Source: a virus
Lineage: Duplodnaviria; Caudoviricetes
Strand: one strand, 5' to 3'
Virus record (IMG/VR): IMGVR_UViG_3300032103_000216
Location: 1 to 49,799 of that record
DNA: 49,799 nucleotides
Notes under the pieces: model-generated
What the model was told of the DNA's origin: nothing
Seen by the model: the letters and a program-made list of their open reading frames with translations, nothing else
The model's database searches: none
Made by a program: the position numbers and the translations under genes
Part shown: positions 47,778-49,799 of the stretch, piece by piece
Numbering within the stretch: position 1 is the stretch's first letter
Layout: each line of letters opens with the position of its first letter

Positions 47778-48195
47778 CCCTTATTTTCATTATCAGTCTC
47801 CCCAAATGATTTTCCCCATAATTAGGTATTGCCTTTAAATCAACACCCCAAAAAATATCACCCCAATAATTTCCTTCTTGAATATTTTCACTACCAGTAA
47901 GTAGAAGTTTAGTTAGGAATGGTTTCTGTTCAAACTTCTTACGAAGACAATACTCCATAACTTTTAACTTAACTTCATCCCAATCCTCACGAAGTATAAT
48001 CTCTTTAGATTTCTTCTTTACAACAGCAGGTGAATTACTGCTATCAAAACAAAAATATTTCCATGCTTGATCTTTAGATTTTTCAGATTGATATGCATGT
48101 TCAACAGAAGCGTATACAACACCTCTAAGTTCTATGTCAACTAATGACATATTACTTAACCAACGATTATCTTCAGTTGTAAATGTTACAATCAT
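47764..48195 (-). CDS. NADAR (YbiA-like) family protein
   Basis: WLSN, SVEHAYQ..K, REDWD.VK..VM, KF.Q, EGN.WGD.FWG, GEN.LG..IM..R. Confidence 0.9.
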   Translation of the reverse strand: MIVTFTTEDNRWLSNMSLVDIELRGVVYASVEHAYQSEKSKDQAWKYFCFDSSNSPAVVKKKSKEIILREDWDEVKLKVMEYCLRKKFEQKPFLTKLLLTGSENIQEGNYWGDIFWGVDLKAIPNYGENHLGRLIMKIRDEYS

Positions 48196-48580
48196 TCCTC
48201 ATCAGTTGGTGTCATCTTTATTATTGTATATAGAATACCTATATCAATAATTTTTGCAAGATATGCTGAATTCCATTCTGGAAATTTTTTTGGAACACCT
48301 TTTTTGATTAGTTCTTCTTCAATTTCCTTGATCTCATCATCGGTCATTTTATTTAAAAATTCCTCTGCTGTATCATTCCTAATGATAGGTCGTTTAACAA
48401 AGTTCTTCAACTGAAATAGGCATATTCTTAACTAAGAAACTTCTTTATTGTATCGGATGCAATCTTTCCATCATACTGACCTGAGTAATTTTCCTTTAGA
48501 GTAGACATGACTTTACCAATATCCTTCATTGAGGAATATCCATTATCAGAAATGATTGATTGCGCAACGATTTCCAATTG

Positions 48581-48950
48581 TTATGTTGATAACTGATTTG
48601 GTAGGTATGCTTCAAGGATAAATACTTCATCCATGTTACCAACCAACTTAGCATTTTCAACCATCTTTTTTAGAATAGCAGTTGCCTTATCTAACACATG
48701 CTGAGACAACGGTACTATTCTGTCTTTTCTACCTTTCGATTTTCTTATGTGAATCAACATTCTTTTTGAATCAATGTCATTAATTTTTAAATTAACAATT
48801 TCAGATACTCTTAATCCTACAGAATATGTTAATGTCAATATTGCTTTATGTTTAATATTAATTATCTTAGATAATCTTTCTTTTATTAAATTATCATCAA
48901 TAACTTTTGGTAGTTTCTTTTCAGATTTAGGTCTTTCTATTTTTGAAAGA
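48581..48950 (-). pseudogene. tyrosine recombinase (XerD/integron-integrase-like) fragment
   Basis: RPK.EKKLP.V...Y..GLRVSE..NL...DID...KG.KDR.VPL. The HxxR and catalytic Tyr region is absent, and the fragment is fused to unrelated sequence. Confidence 0.7.
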
Positions 48951-49277
48951 TGTGGTTGGCTTTCCTTTCGTATCTATCCAACGCCTCAATTCATTATATA
49001 AAATAATATCATCTTCAAATTCGTGTGTTCCAATTTTACCAAGCATTAAAATAAAGCATTTTCCCCACCAGATACGAAATGAACGTGGTAAATTAATCAA
49101 TTTTTTTTTAATAAAGTTTTTCATATTTCTAAATGATAACTGGTTATATTTTGAAACGTCTTATAGGGCAACCGTTTCATATTGCCGACCGTTATTTGTA
49201 AGTGTTCCGTTTATACTTCTAATCAACATTTCGGTTGAAAATTTTAAAAAAAAAATCCTACACACAAATATAATAAA

Positions 49278-49799
49278 TTAATTTGAATAATCAAAATCAT
49301 ATTTTACTATAACATTTTTTGGTATTGTGTCTAAATACGCAACAGAACCCCATATATCTAAACTTTCAATTACCTTTTCTTTATCGGTAGTCGCTTTATT
49401 CCAACCATACTTATTCAAAATATAATCATCATCCCAAGTCAATTTATTTAAATCTAATTTTGTAACATCAATCCACAATCTAACTAAGGGTTTATATTCA
49501 TAACTTTCTTCATCTTCATAGTATTCATCCATAACATCTATTAAAGATTGTTATAAATTCGCTTTATAAAGTGATTGTGATGTTGTTGAGAAAATACCTT
49601 TTGAACCATCTTTGTAATATGAATTTGGGTTTTTTCTTGAAATTAAACCATCTTCTAATATATCATCTAAATAATCTGTTAATGTATAATGAAATAAGTA
49701 TTTACCATCAATCAAATAATTATTTAAACTATCTTCTATATGGTTTTCATTCAAGAACTCTCGTATGGTTGTCTTAATAAATTGTTTCAAATCTTTCAT
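49278..49799 (-). CDS. putative virion protein with H.T ART-like motif, probably one frameshifted gene
   Basis: MKDLKQFIKTTIREFLNE leader, LFHYT...ILEDGL. 49278-49532 likely encodes the C-terminus. Confidence 0.45.

Noticed and set aside
48581-48838. Functional integrase or prophage boundary
   Set aside because: It lacks the N-terminal domain, HxxR and the catalytic Tyr, and no att site or host genes are visible.
1-49799. Genome-wide TAG reassignment
   Set aside because: Long genes are open in the standard code and TAG ends at least one ordinary gene (41291). Only pth2 shows a clear in-frame TAG, and the TAG at 42437 comes from a frameshift.
1-49799. CRISPR array
   Set aside because: No regularly spaced identical 25-45 nt repeats. 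The recurring TTCGAACC words are tRNA T loops or promoter boxes.

Overview
Very AT-rich window that looks like part of a large (jumbo) tailed phage of a Bacteroidota host. The evidence is Bacteroidota TAnnTTTG promoters, a phage ECF sigma factor, dense small hypothetical ORFs, a class II ribonucleotide reductase with two inteins, ClpP, thioredoxin, GMP reductase/IMPDH, Thg1-like protein, HD (p)ppGpp-hydrolase-like protein, RNA ligase, polynucleotide kinase/phosphatase, NADAR, about 25 tRNAs, several tRNA-like RNAs and a miniature RNase P RNA. Genes at 1-7.5 kb are on the + strand and most others are on the - strand. Main discovery: each of three tRNA operons is preceded by a conserved composite promoter, a short unannotated leader ORF, an antiterminator and an intrinsic terminator. 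Each leader's codons match the anticodons of the tRNAs downstream (Asn/Phe/Ile/Ser/Gly/Cys/Leu; Thr/Arg/Ile; Tyr/Lys). This suggests ribosome-coupled attenuation that makes phage tRNAs only when the matching tRNAs run short. Second: an amber-suppressor tRNA(CUA) lies directly upstream of a peptidyl-tRNA hydrolase (Pth2) gene interrupted by TAG at codon 4. Also notable are an RNR intein ending in Arg-Arg instead of Asn, a circularly permuted tRNA-like RNA, an array of EGE-motif micro-ORFs and a duplicated protein+ncRNA module. Many single-indel frameshifts suggest assembly errors. All calls were made by eye, with no database searches, and coordinates of RNAs and motifs may be off by a few bases.
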